Source: a virus | UHGV virus genome: UHGV-0171269 | DNA: 38,485 nucleotides | Direction: 5' to 3' (one strand) | Shown: piece by piece, positions 16,171 through 26,317 of the stretch | Position numbering within the stretch: position 1 is the first letter of the stretch | Layout of the letters: each line of letters begins with the position of its first letter | Notes under the pieces: generated by a model | The model's database searches: none | What the model was told of the DNA's origin: nothing | What the model saw: the letters and a program-made list of their open reading frames with translations, nothing else | Translations under genes and position numbers: made by a program

Positions 16171-17283
16171 CTAAGGGTTTACAGCCACGCTTCCTATGAA
16201 CACTTTTGCCGTGTCAGTTGTAACGTAGATCGTACGTGAGTCTTTAGTTGCAAGCCCTTCGTATTGCGCTTGGGTTAAGGAAATGTTTAACTTAGCGTAC
16301 GCCGCATCGCACATCGCCTTATTCATCAAGTCCGTATCTGCTGGGGTCGCTTTTGTCGTGCGGGTAGCTCCAGCAAGGAAATTAGCGGTGCCGTTGAAAG
16401 TAGAAGGCGCGTTAATTTCTACGGAGACTGTGAATCGGAGAACAGAATCTGGTCCCCCTCCTACAGTTGCAGTCGCATCATCGTTAGCCATGACGCCTAC
16501 TGAATACGAGTCTGTCCCAAACTGTAATATATGTCCGGGAGAAATTATAAGAGAGGACGCACAAGTCACGTCTTCTTGGAATTGGCTAGTGACGGCAACG
16601 TCTAAATGAGTGGAGTTGCCGCCCTCAATTACGTAAGCGCCATTAGCTCCTTCTCCATGAAGCTTTAATGCGTTATCCCCTGAGCCAATCACTAGGGGCG
16701 CTTCATTGCCCATCGTAATCCCACCAGTAAAGGTCTTAGTCCCAGCTATGCTCTGATTGCCGATAAGTTTTACTGTGCTGTTTAGCGCAGTGTTGACCAT
16801 CTCGGAGTTCATTACATCAGTAAGAGCAGGACTAGCTACTGTCTTCCGCTGGAGCGTACTCTGGAAAACCCATGCACCCGTAATTGTCTGCGAGGCAGAC
16901 GGGTCAAAAGAATCACCGCCTCCCCCGGACGACGCACCGAGCGAGGCAACCTTAAAATCCAACGGAGTTAATACATAATATGTATTTAAATCTACATTTA
17001 CAGTTGTATATGAGGAGATCGCTATGAAAATATATTGCCCTGCTTTACTAGCATTAAGCAATGTAATTCCATCTGGCGTATATTCCGGGGCGTCATGTCC
17101 TGCAACAGTTAGACTCCCAGTCGTTAAAGTCAGGCAGTACGATTTGCCAGCCATTGTGCGGAACGTTTGAGAAGTCTCATCTCCAGCATATGTAGCAGGT
17201 GGTTCAACACCACCATTGCCCCCCACCAATTCAATATTAGGGTCAAGCCCCGACGTAGTTGTTAATGTTTTCTTTGTTGCCAT
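16171..17283 (-). CDS. Tail fibre or tail-spike protein (370 aa)
   Basis: Gly/Thr/Ser/Ala/Val-rich beta-type composition. Position after the giant virion protein in T7-like order. Confidence 0.45.
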   Translation of the reverse strand: MATKKTLTTTSGLDPNIELVGGNGGVEPPATYAGDETSQTFRTMAGKSYCLTLTTGSLTVAGHDAPEYTPDGITLLNASKAGQYIFIAISSYTTVNVDLNTYYVLTPLDFKVASLGASSGGGGDSFDPSASQTITGAWVFQSTLQRKTVASPALTDVMNSEMVNTALNSTVKLIGNQSIAGTKTFTGGITMGNEAPLVIGSGDNALKLHGEGANGAYVIEGGNSTHLDVAVTSQFQEDVTCASSLIISPGHILQFGTDSYSVGVMANDDATATVGGGPDSVLRFTVSVEINAPSTFNGTANFLAGATRTTKATPADTDLMNKAMCDAAYAKLNISLTQAQYEGLATKDSRTIYVTTDTAKVFIGSVAVNP

Positions 17284-17303
17284 ATTTTGTTTAATGTTAA
17301 ACG

Positions 17304-20300
17304 TTATTTGGTCTGCCAGCCGTTATCTTTGAGCTTCTTGTTAACTCGCCTAAGTTCCCGGGAAAGCCTTCTGTATTCTACGCTACGTTCGCCATAGGCA
17401 CTCTTGGCCTCACGCTTCTCTTTACGCAATCTGCGTGCGCTTTGCAATAGTTTTTCTCTGGTGTCGTAGAAGGGGTTGAGGTCAGACCTCGTAGTCTTGG
17501 CCGCATTGTGCGCTTGGAGAGTGGCATTGGACAAGGAGCTGATGACTTCAAACACACGTCCCACAGTTTTCGCATTGGCGATATTAGCTCCAAGGCCAAT
17601 CGTATCTCCCAGCGTCCGGCTAAGACCTGCCCCAACTTCAATCCATTCGTTTAGAGTCACGGCGTCCATGTCTTCCGTACTCTTCAATATAACTTCGTAA
17701 GCTTGGGAAAGGCCTCGTGCGGTTCTGCTAAAGTCCGTTAGCGTGTTAGGACGGGAGAAGACGTGCCCGCCTCCGAACGCATAGTAATCCAGCGCTTGGA
17801 ACAAACCTGCAAATACAGGGGTGGCGACAAGCGGGCCAAGAGACATGTTGAAGAGAATCGTTTCTGCCGAGAATTCATCATCGTTATAGCTCGTGAAGAA
17901 GGAAGCCGCCATGCCCGAAATGGTATTAGCAAAGCCAACGATAGTCCACATGCGGATGAAGTTGGCAAGCTTCCTCATGGAGCTAATGTCGCCACGCTTG
18001 AACTGGCTGAAAAGAAGAGCTGACTTGTTCAGCATGTCGCTCATGAACAAGACTTGGTAAGATTCGTAAGCTGATCCTCCAAGTGTGCCAATAGCTCTAG
18101 TAGATTGATTCTCAGGCTGGGCCGACTTTAGAATGTTAAGATTCAACTGGTCTATGATCTGCTCTTTCTTCAAGCCCCTATCATGCAAGATTTGCGCGGC
18201 CATCATGTTGCCACGCTTTACGCACCATAGGTCAAAGTCAATCAATGCCGAGTTGCCGCACTCCTGCCAGTACATGACCTGAGCCTGCTTCGTCTTTGGG
18301 GCGTCCATAGCGGCTTTGATTACCACCCTATCCTGATACGACAACGGGTTGCGAGCCTTCACGCCTTCCAGCTGGGCCATCTCTTGGAGAGAAATAGGCT
18401 GAGGGTTGAATAGCCAGCTACCCATGCTCTTTATAATCTCAAGACTGCTAAAGTCCGATCCTACCAACGGATTGAAGAACGCCGCACCGCTCCGGCAAAT
18501 GGAAGCCATAGAGTTAAAAATCTTCGTGCGGGCAAGAGTTCCAATCGCTTTGACGAAAAGCTCCCCGAATAATCCCTGCTGTGCGCGGATGCGTCCTTCA
18601 TTCAGGAAATTATAAAGGCCCTTGCTTGCCTGCTGGTAGTTCTCCTTGCCGATGACAAGCTGTATTTGTGCGGCCGTCTTCGTGTTCAGCCAAACTTTGT
18701 TGAAGTACTCATTCAATTCAAGGGAAGACATCCAGCCTTCCGCTATCTGAGCGTACCTTTCAAACTCCTGCACCGGATTTACCAGCATAGTTATTTCCGC
18801 AGAAGCCGGGGTGCTTCGCTTCTTCATGAAGGCGGGCTTGCCGGAATAAGTTATCTGCCCGGGAGTGTACCCTTGAGAATCATAGAACCCGTCCCCTAAT
18901 TGCCCCTCATGGGCCGTGGTGCGTGGAGTATAGAAGTCTTCCATCGTAGAGACCTGACCGAAGAAAGACTCTTCGATACTGGCCACCCTCTGGCCTAGTT
19001 CACGATACGCCGTCTGAATGGAGCGTGCCAAGAACAACCCGTCCGGACCAAGCGCATTAATAAGCGCCTCCTGATCTTTAGCGAGCCTATCCTGAAACGC
19101 TTCTTCTGCATTATCTACTTCTGCCTCATACTCATCTTGAGTTATCTCCTTATTGGAGAGCTGTTCGTCTAGCTGGGATGTGCGGCGCTCCAGAAGAGCA
19201 TAGTTCCCAAGATCAAGCTTGTAGTTGTTACGCAAGACTTTCACGCCATCAGACTCTTGCATGGTCTGATAAATCTTAATAAGCTGAGTCTTAACGTATT
19301 CTTCGCCCTTGAACTTAACAGGGGCGTTATTCATCTGATAGAAATGGCGCGCGATCTGAGTTGTCGAATCAGTGTTCTTGATCCCTGCCAGTTTTGCCGC
19401 ACCCTTAAGCCATGAAGAGATCATCGCATGCCGCTTCACCCGGGCATTGTCTCTCTGCATGGTTGCCCTCACTACCTCATTCAGCATGAAGTCACCGTTC
19501 CTTTTAAAGCCGGGCAGTGTTCCGAGGATTTCGGACAACTGAACAGTGGAAAGCATTCCTGTAAAGAAACTCTTTAACGAATTGTATTCTCCAGCTTCCT
19601 TGAGAAGATTTCTCAGATCATCCAGTTTCTTCTCTGTACCTACGGCCTTAGCTACTTCATCCTTAAACAGGTTAAGCTTCTGTTCGCGTCTCTCCAGCTC
19701 CTTCCTCCAGCGGAGCCGCCCCTCATCTTGAAGTTGCTTCAATGCGTCAAAAGCATTCTCCTGCTCTGCCAAGCTACGGACGAAGCTGTTCCCATCTTTG
19801 TAGAGAACAGAACCGAATGTATCAAGCAAGGAAATAGATTGCTGAATTTCTATTACTTGAGGATCATTCGGGTTTTGAGTCTTATTAACAGTTCTCTCAA
19901 GAAGGGCCTGCAATGCGTCTTGCTGGGCCTCTACCTTCTCTGGAGACATCTTCATCAGCTCCTCAACGGCAAGCGTGTTATAACGGCTCTGTGCGTCCAG
20001 CGTGGAGCTTACGCCCTTCCTATCTTTATAGGCTCTCTTTGCCAACCGCTCCAGCCCCTCGGTAGTCTTGACTTGTTGGGCCGCCTCAGCACGGAGCGCC
20101 GCCGCTTCTTCCTTGGAAGATTCTTTCAAGACCCTATCAACAATCTTCCTAACCTCACGTTGCGTACGGTTGAATTCGGCAGTTTGTATCTGGTTGTTGA
20201 TAGCTTTAACTCCACGGTCTAGCGCCGTTTGAAGGGCATTCTCAAATTGTAGTTGGCTCTTCGGGTTAGCTAGTGTTTCAGCTAATGGCCTTGGTATAAA

Positions 20301-23300
20301 TGATTTACCATAACGGCTAATAGCATTCTCAAGAGTAAGGACGCTGTTAAACAATGCCTTCTGCTGGCGCGCCTGAGAGAACTTCCCAGCTACTGCTTGC
20401 TCGGCAAGGCCCATGAAAGACTTGCGTATTGCCTTGAGACTGTTAATGGCCTGAGAAGAATTGCTCTCAAAGATATCTGCGATTGCCTTTTCAACGGTCT
20501 GGATGCCCGGACCTACACGCAAAGCGCTTGTTCTCTCCTGAACGGAAGGAAGGATCGCCGCCCCTGCCGCCTCATTAATCATGGACGCGATATCTCTGGC
20601 CTGCGTCTGGTCTGCCACATTAGCTAGAGACTGGGACCATTTAACAAAGTCTGCATCAAGAACTCCATCCTCAATGGCCTGCTTGATGCGCTGGCCTTCC
20701 TTAAAGATGTTGCCTACTTCCGCGATGTTGTCCTTCTGCCATTCAAGAATGCTCTGCACATCCCCGGGAAGAGTACCGAACAGTTCCGGGTTAGTGGCAA
20801 GCGCTTTCCCCATCGTGGCTAAGGCTTCTTGCAAGATAACATCGTCAGACAAGTTCCCAAAATCCCGGCCAGTGTACTCTCCATACTTGCGAATGGCGTT
20901 CTCAATATACTCCCGGGTGACTGCACCCGTGGCAAGATCATACGTCGCATTGGCATGGATGACTTCTTCCAGAATGTCTAGGGGATTGGCTCTCCCTTCG
21001 ATGACCGCTATTTGCCCAGCACGATACGCCGAAACAACCTCCAAATTATTAGCAACGTCCTCAACGGTAATTTCACCTGCATTGTATTGTTCTCGAAGTT
21101 CAGGGTTAGATTGAATGTAGGCTAGCGCCCTAGCCCTTGCCGTGGACTGGTTGATTCCTTCCGCATTCTGAATTGAGGAAAGAAGCTCGTCTTTGCTTAT
21201 CTCAATGCCTTGACTCTCAATGGCAGGTTCAAGCTGTCTCTGAGCAAATAGATTCAGGGCTTGCACAAAAGAAGGATTGGACGCCAGCGTCTCGGAAAGA
21301 TAAGTACCAGCTACTTCATCGGTGAGCGTCATAGTAGATTGCTGGCCGCTTTCAGGAGACGTCGTGGTGACGTCCCAAGTACCATCCCCGTTATCCTTGA
21401 ACGTGGGCATCAATTCCACATTCTTGAAAAGGTCGGCATTCTTCGCAACGAAATTCAGCATCGCGGCTGAACTGCTACCTACTGTTTCTGGCGACTGGTT
21501 TACATTGGTAGTATTAAAGAGCGCCTCCTGAATTAGGTTGGAGCGCTCCTTGCCGTCAGGCATAGTAGCAATCTGGTGGGCTACATCACTTTCAATGCCT
21601 AGGGCTATAAGAGCTTGAGGGCTTCTGCCTACCTTGTTAACCAAATGATTGGCTTGTACACCACCGAGCGCGCCCATAGAACCGCCAAGAACAACAGTAG
21701 GAATAAAGAATGCAGGGTCCAAAGGATTGTAATTCTCCCACCAGTCCCTAAGGGTATTCTGTTGAGTTAAATCTGCACCTAGGCTCCGGTAAAGATTTTC
21801 AACTCCAACATATACTGGGTCCGCAATACTTTCTTGTACGGTTTCCGTTAAAGCACCTGCCGCCCCAGCACGACCTATACGTGCCAATGTCGATCTTTCT
21901 GCTATAGCCTCAACTCCTCTTATCGCAGTAGAACCAAGTCCAGTAGCTCGTACTCCTTTAACTGCTAGACCACCAGTAGACATTGTGAGAGAATCAAGAG
22001 CGCCTTCTAGTGAGCCTACCGTTAATCCATACGCGATTGAACCTTCTCTACTAGAGTTTGATCTATAAGCATCGAGTCCGGCACTCGAGCCATAGACCAA
22101 TGAACCCATAGCTGTTGCTACGCTGTAAGTTGCAACTGGGTTCCTTGTTACAATTCCTGTAGATAAAGAAGACAAGCCGACGGCGGCAATTTTAGGAACA
22201 TTATCAACTAAGTTCCTGACCCCCATACCCCAATTGCTCTCAGGCATGTCTCGCATGGAGCGATATTCTTTCTGGATAGCTAGAGCAAGACGTTGAAATC
22301 TTTCTTCATCTTCGTCTTTCTCAGGAAGCATTCTTAAGAATGACCATATATCTTCATAGGTGTCGTTCAATGCTTGGACCAGCCATGCTCTATCGTCTTT
22401 GGGCAGAAATTCAGGAAGCATCTGAATAGCAATCTTGAACGAACCCGTATTCTCCCCAAGAGCTAGCAACCTGTCAGCCATCTTGTCCCAATCAAGGGAA
22501 CCCTCTTTTATATACTCATCCTTAATCCATGAAGTAGCTTCATATGCCGCTTGATATTGCGTCCGCAAATAAGGGGAATTGTTGAAAATGGAGCGTCCAT
22601 AAACTGAGTTAGGACCGAGAGAGTCAATGGCTTTCTCAAAGTCTCCTCCATTTTCCAAGAAGGCCGGAAGGAAATCTGCCTCTGCCTTGTAATATCCTTC
22701 CTTTACTTCATTTGCCCTCTTTAAATCTTGAGAGTACTTATTAATGACGCCATTGATGCTGTCCGTCTTATATTCCCTCATGAGAATAGCGGCGGCCATC
22801 TCATCAGAAATACTCATGTTAGGGAACTTCACTTCCTTGATAGCTCCGAAAAGCTCTCTCTCTTTCGTAGCTCGGTCAGCGCTATTCCAAGATGCTATCT
22901 GGTCAGCATTCAAAAGTTTCCCTAACTTATTATCGACAACTTCATCTGTATCAATATAACCGTAAAGTCCTTTTTCCGGTTGTATGTTTTGAGTTAATGC
23001 GGAGAATATAGCGTTGGTCCTCTCTACCTTCTCTCTCCTTAGCTCAAATGTAGGGTCAATCCCTCTCTTCTTCAAGGAATCATTAAGCCGAAGGATTTCA
23101 TCCATCATCGAGCTATCGAGAACATTGCTTTGCCTAAACTCCCGTTGAAGCTTTTTATAGGATTCCAAATCTTCGAGAGTTTCCCTACGCAAAGCATTTG
23201 CCCGACTCCCTAAGTAGTTAGCTCTTTCAGTTTCGCTAAGTTCTGCGTATCCCACTCCCTGCGCCCTGCGCTGTTCACGGGCGATAGCTTCTTGGTCGCC

Positions 23301-23393
23301 AGATATTCCAAGCGAAGGAATAACTGATTCATCCAAAGGAGGAGGAGTCACTCCTTCGTCATCAGGCAATACGGGTTCGATAGGCTCGTCCAT
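17304..23393 (-). CDS. Giant virion protein (2029 aa), a candidate internal-core / DNA-ejection protein comparable to T7 gp16
   Basis: One uninterrupted 6.09-kb ORF. Long coiled-coil-rich central region (E/K/Q/A/L). Position between the gp15-like protein and the fibre. Confidence 0.45.
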   Translation of the reverse strand: MDEPIEPVLPDDEGVTPPPLDESVIPSLGISGDQEAIAREQRRAQGVGYAELSETERANYLGSRANALRRETLEDLESYKKLQREFRQSNVLDSSMMDEILRLNDSLKKRGIDPTFELRREKVERTNAIFSALTQNIQPEKGLYGYIDTDEVVDNKLGKLLNADQIASWNSADRATKERELFGAIKEVKFPNMSISDEMAAAILMREYKTDSINGVINKYSQDLKRANEVKEGYYKAEADFLPAFLENGGDFEKAIDSLGPNSVYGRSIFNNSPYLRTQYQAAYEATSWIKDEYIKEGSLDWDKMADRLLALGENTGSFKIAIQMLPEFLPKDDRAWLVQALNDTYEDIWSFLRMLPEKDEDEERFQRLALAIQKEYRSMRDMPESNWGMGVRNLVDNVPKIAAVGLSSLSTGIVTRNPVATYSVATAMGSLVYGSSAGLDAYRSNSSREGSIAYGLTVGSLEGALDSLTMSTGGLAVKGVRATGLGSTAIRGVEAIAERSTLARIGRAGAAGALTETVQESIADPVYVGVENLYRSLGADLTQQNTLRDWWENYNPLDPAFFIPTVVLGGSMGALGGVQANHLVNKVGRSPQALIALGIESDVAHQIATMPDGKERSNLIQEALFNTTNVNQSPETVGSSSAAMLNFVAKNADLFKNVELMPTFKDNGDGTWDVTTTSPESGQQSTMTLTDEVAGTYLSETLASNPSFVQALNLFAQRQLEPAIESQGIEISKDELLSSIQNAEGINQSTARARALAYIQSNPELREQYNAGEITVEDVANNLEVVSAYRAGQIAVIEGRANPLDILEEVIHANATYDLATGAVTREYIENAIRKYGEYTGRDFGNLSDDVILQEALATMGKALATNPELFGTLPGDVQSILEWQKDNIAEVGNIFKEGQRIKQAIEDGVLDADFVKWSQSLANVADQTQARDIASMINEAAGAAILPSVQERTSALRVGPGIQTVEKAIADIFESNSSQAINSLKAIRKSFMGLAEQAVAGKFSQARQQKALFNSVLTLENAISRYGKSFIPRPLAETLANPKSQLQFENALQTALDRGVKAINNQIQTAEFNRTQREVRKIVDRVLKESSKEEAAALRAEAAQQVKTTEGLERLAKRAYKDRKGVSSTLDAQSRYNTLAVEELMKMSPEKVEAQQDALQALLERTVNKTQNPNDPQVIEIQQSISLLDTFGSVLYKDGNSFVRSLAEQENAFDALKQLQDEGRLRWRKELERREQKLNLFKDEVAKAVGTEKKLDDLRNLLKEAGEYNSLKSFFTGMLSTVQLSEILGTLPGFKRNGDFMLNEVVRATMQRDNARVKRHAMISSWLKGAAKLAGIKNTDSTTQIARHFYQMNNAPVKFKGEEYVKTQLIKIYQTMQESDGVKVLRNNYKLDLGNYALLERRTSQLDEQLSNKEITQDEYEAEVDNAEEAFQDRLAKDQEALINALGPDGLFLARSIQTAYRELGQRVASIEESFFGQVSTMEDFYTPRTTAHEGQLGDGFYDSQGYTPGQITYSGKPAFMKKRSTPASAEITMLVNPVQEFERYAQIAEGWMSSLELNEYFNKVWLNTKTAAQIQLVIGKENYQQASKGLYNFLNEGRIRAQQGLFGELFVKAIGTLARTKIFNSMASICRSGAAFFNPLVGSDFSSLEIIKSMGSWLFNPQPISLQEMAQLEGVKARNPLSYQDRVVIKAAMDAPKTKQAQVMYWQECGNSALIDFDLWCVKRGNMMAAQILHDRGLKKEQIIDQLNLNILKSAQPENQSTRAIGTLGGSAYESYQVLFMSDMLNKSALLFSQFKRGDISSMRKLANFIRMWTIVGFANTISGMAASFFTSYNDDEFSAETILFNMSLGPLVATPVFAGLFQALDYYAFGGGHVFSRPNTLTDFSRTARGLSQAYEVILKSTEDMDAVTLNEWIEVGAGLSRTLGDTIGLGANIANAKTVGRVFEVISSLSNATLQAHNAAKTTRSDLNPFYDTREKLLQSARRLRKEKREAKSAYGERSVEYRRLSRELRRVNKKLKDNGWQTK

Positions 23394-23394
23394 T

Positions 23395-25386
23395 TTATCT
23401 ATTCCAATAAGAGATCAAAGCTGAATATATAGCTTGTTCATCCTCGTCGCTCAAGCCGTTATTTACCCGGAGAATCCTAGCCCTTCTTTCCGCTTCATTA
23501 TCCATCGCGTCAGCAGAAGGCTTCTGCAAATAGAATTGACCTATTTCCAATAACTTTCTCGAACCTCCAGAAGATTTATACATATCCTTTGACAAGAGAG
23601 GCGTTTTAATAGGCTCTCCTGATGAAGAAGAAACTTCATAAATTGAACTGTTGGGAGTCCCAAGAGTCACGACAAAACCACCATTAGGCATCTCAGGAAG
23701 TTCCGTTTTATCTCCAAGGGTAAAGTTCTGATCTAATGCGATTACTCTGGTAGCGCTTTGCATAGGACCAACGACATCTTCTTCTTGCTGAAACGCCGAG
23801 AAGTAAGAAGTGACCCCCCTAGTGGGAATGCCTAATTCCTTTGAGACTTGAGAAATGGTATCAGCAAGAATCTTGTAACGCTCCTGTTCGGTCGGGGTCT
23901 TGCCGCCGTTCTGCCCCATGAAATCGTACACTTGCTGGGTCGCCTGTGCCCTGACTTGGCCGATGAAGTTCTTAAAGTTTGCATCGTTTTGAAGGTTAGG
24001 AATTTTCTCTCTAACTACATACCTCTTCGCCAAAGTTTCCGGGTCTTCATAGGCACGGCTTTCTGTCTTATCCAGATAATATTGCTTGTTCTTCCCAACA
24101 AAGCTATTATTAAACTCCGCCTCTGTCATGTAGATTGGGGTACCGTTCTTATCTACATAATCTTTCCCAGTATAAAGTGGATATTTGCCTGTGTCCCATA
24201 CCCGCTCAACCCACGTTTTCGCATCATCCAGATAGGAAGGCGGCGTGTGCGTCTTCATCAGGTTAATCAAAGACGTCTGATCGTTGGAAGAAAAGTTGGC
24301 TTGCTTTAACGTGGTTCTCAACTGGTTCTCCAAGTTGGCCCTTTGTTCTGGCGTGGCATTCTGGTAAGAAGGGATCATGCTCGCCGCATATTTACTAGCT
24401 CTAGCAAACTCGGCAGAAGTCGGAGGGATGTTCGCGGTATTCTGCTTGTACATCCTCCAAAGCGTAGCAAACTGCTGGGTATTAATGCCATTAACTTCCA
24501 ATGACTGCTTTGCCTGTTCAATGGAAAATCCTTCTGGAGCCAGCATGAACTGTTCAACAAGAGAGTTGTAGTTCTTCTTCTGGTCTTCATTGATAAAGGA
24601 CCGCGCCTGATTGATCCCGTATTGCTGTTGTTCGTAGGAAAGCGCTCTACCTCGAACAGACCCTTTCGTCTGGATTTCCTCGAGCAATCCATATGGGTTG
24701 GTCAAAGCCATTTGCTGGACCTCATCAGTAGTCCTCGCTTGGTCAATTGTGAAGTTAAGCTTCATCTTCTGAGCATCGCTAAGATAAGGAGTCTCTTCCG
24801 TGATGCGTGAAGCTTCATCAAACTGCCCGCTTTTAATCGCAATATCAATAGCGGCATTAGTTTCGTCAGCCGCCATCTGTGAGACACGTAGCGCCGCAGT
24901 CCTAGCAACCTGCACCGCCTCTTTAGCTTTGATCTGATTCAAGGCTTCATCGGTCAGCAATCTGTTCTTGCCGACCAAGAAAGCGCCGTCAAACCTAGTA
25001 TTAATATCTTCTTGAGCTAAGGCCATCCTCTCCTGATAAACCTGAGTCCACATGCTCGGCTTGTTCATGTATTCAGGATCGGTAGATAAAGACGAAATGA
25101 TCTTAGCAGAAGCATTTGTAAGCTCAGCCTGCATGCGCCTAGACATGATACTGTCGTTAACCGTCTCAACTTCTGCCTTGGCTTTCCCGATTAAGGAGAG
25201 ACCTTCTGTTAAATTCCTCGCCGCACGATTGCTTGTCTCCGCATTAAATTCACTGCCGATCGGAACAAAGCGCGACACATCGCTTTGCCCCGTAGAAGCA
25301 TAACGATTGTCCGGTGACCCCGGCATCGTTGCGTTTCTCGCCTGACTCGGAACTCCAAGACGAATGTTTCTTGTATCTTCTGCCAT
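23395..25386 (-). CDS. Internal virion protein (663 aa), gp15-like by position
   Basis: ORF track. Tightly coupled to neighbours with a 1-nt gap on each side. Confidence 0.4.
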   Translation of the reverse strand: MAEDTRNIRLGVPSQARNATMPGSPDNRYASTGQSDVSRFVPIGSEFNAETSNRAARNLTEGLSLIGKAKAEVETVNDSIMSRRMQAELTNASAKIISSLSTDPEYMNKPSMWTQVYQERMALAQEDINTRFDGAFLVGKNRLLTDEALNQIKAKEAVQVARTAALRVSQMAADETNAAIDIAIKSGQFDEASRITEETPYLSDAQKMKLNFTIDQARTTDEVQQMALTNPYGLLEEIQTKGSVRGRALSYEQQQYGINQARSFINEDQKKNYNSLVEQFMLAPEGFSIEQAKQSLEVNGINTQQFATLWRMYKQNTANIPPTSAEFARASKYAASMIPSYQNATPEQRANLENQLRTTLKQANFSSNDQTSLINLMKTHTPPSYLDDAKTWVERVWDTGKYPLYTGKDYVDKNGTPIYMTEAEFNNSFVGKNKQYYLDKTESRAYEDPETLAKRYVVREKIPNLQNDANFKNFIGQVRAQATQQVYDFMGQNGGKTPTEQERYKILADTISQVSKELGIPTRGVTSYFSAFQQEEDVVGPMQSATRVIALDQNFTLGDKTELPEMPNGGFVVTLGTPNSSIYEVSSSSGEPIKTPLLSKDMYKSSGGSRKLLEIGQFYLQKPSADAMDNEAERRARILRVNNGLSDEDEQAIYSALISYWNR

Positions 25387-25387
25387 A

Positions 25388-26317
25388 TTAAGAGAACCCT
25401 CCGATTGATGAACCTATCTTGGAACCTGCTCGCATTCCTACAGGGCCGCCTACAACGGCTCCTATGGTGCTTCCTATGATAGAACCCCACATTGAAGTGC
25501 GAGCTTGCTTAGCGGCCTTCCTAGCCTGTCCTGCACGCCATGACATGACGCGCGATCGGTACATGGTATCTTGCCTCCTCTGTTCTGCCTCTCTTTCGGA
25601 GTCTGCGATCTGTTGCTCGAACTTGCTCATCGTGCCACGTTGCACGGCCTCAATGGAACCCGAGGTAGGGGCAAAGCCCGTACGCACTGCCGCCACGCGC
25701 TGTTGCGTTAAATACCTTTCCTGATTGCCACGGAGACGCATCATGTTTGTCCCGGCGATCTTGTAAGCGGACTCCGACCTTTCAGCTAATGCCTGCGCCT
25801 GAATATTGTACCCACGTTCGGCAATTTGATACTGGTGTTCTTTGTTAAGATTATCTAGTACATCTCCAAGAACATTGCTAGCCGCACTCCACGTCTGAGA
25901 ATTATTGCCGAACTCCGGCTGAACTTGGTTGTATGTAAGCGGCTGGTTGCTAATAGGTACCGTGCTTGCAGTAGTATTAATGGACGCCACACGAGGTTGC
26001 ATCTCAACGCCATATGTCGAAGACGTCGGCGCAGGTTGGGGCATCTCCGGGTAACCTAATTCGGGAAGAGGAGCATAAGAAGCGGATACTGCCGTTTCTC
26101 CGCTGTCATAATAACCCGGCAACAATCCATCCCCGTATGTAAGATTCGGCACAACTGAATTTTCAATCCAGCTAGGCCAGCTTATCAAAGAGTCATCTGC
26201 CCACCCAAGGTTATCATACGAGGTTGGAATCATAAATGATATATGCTGATAAGACGTCCGTGTTCTTTGCGTCCGTAAACGCGAAATACAATCTGGTATC
26301 GGTGGATGAAGGGCCAC
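25388..26317 (-). CDS. Virion protein with a Gly-rich hydrophobic C-terminus (309 aa), gp13/14-like by position
   Basis: ORF track. GAGG SD 5 nt upstream of M1. C-terminus GSIIGSTIGAVVGGPVGMRAGSKIGSSIGG. Confidence 0.35.
   Translation of the reverse strand: MALHPPIPDCISRLRTQRTRTSYQHISFMIPTSYDNLGWADDSLISWPSWIENSVVPNLTYGDGLLPGYYDSGETAVSASYAPLPELGYPEMPQPAPTSSTYGVEMQPRVASINTTASTVPISNQPLTYNQVQPEFGNNSQTWSAASNVLGDVLDNLNKEHQYQIAERGYNIQAQALAERSESAYKIAGTNMMRLRGNQERYLTQQRVAAVRTGFAPTSGSIEAVQRGTMSKFEQQIADSEREAEQRRQDTMYRSRVMSWRAGQARKAAKQARTSMWGSIIGSTIGAVVGGPVGMRAGSKIGSSIGGFS

Noticed and set aside
19728-21114. Plus-strand ORFs (164 aa and 177 aa) inside the giant gene
   Set aside because: They are antisense to a continuous 6-kb ORF with coherent codon usage, so they are chance frames.
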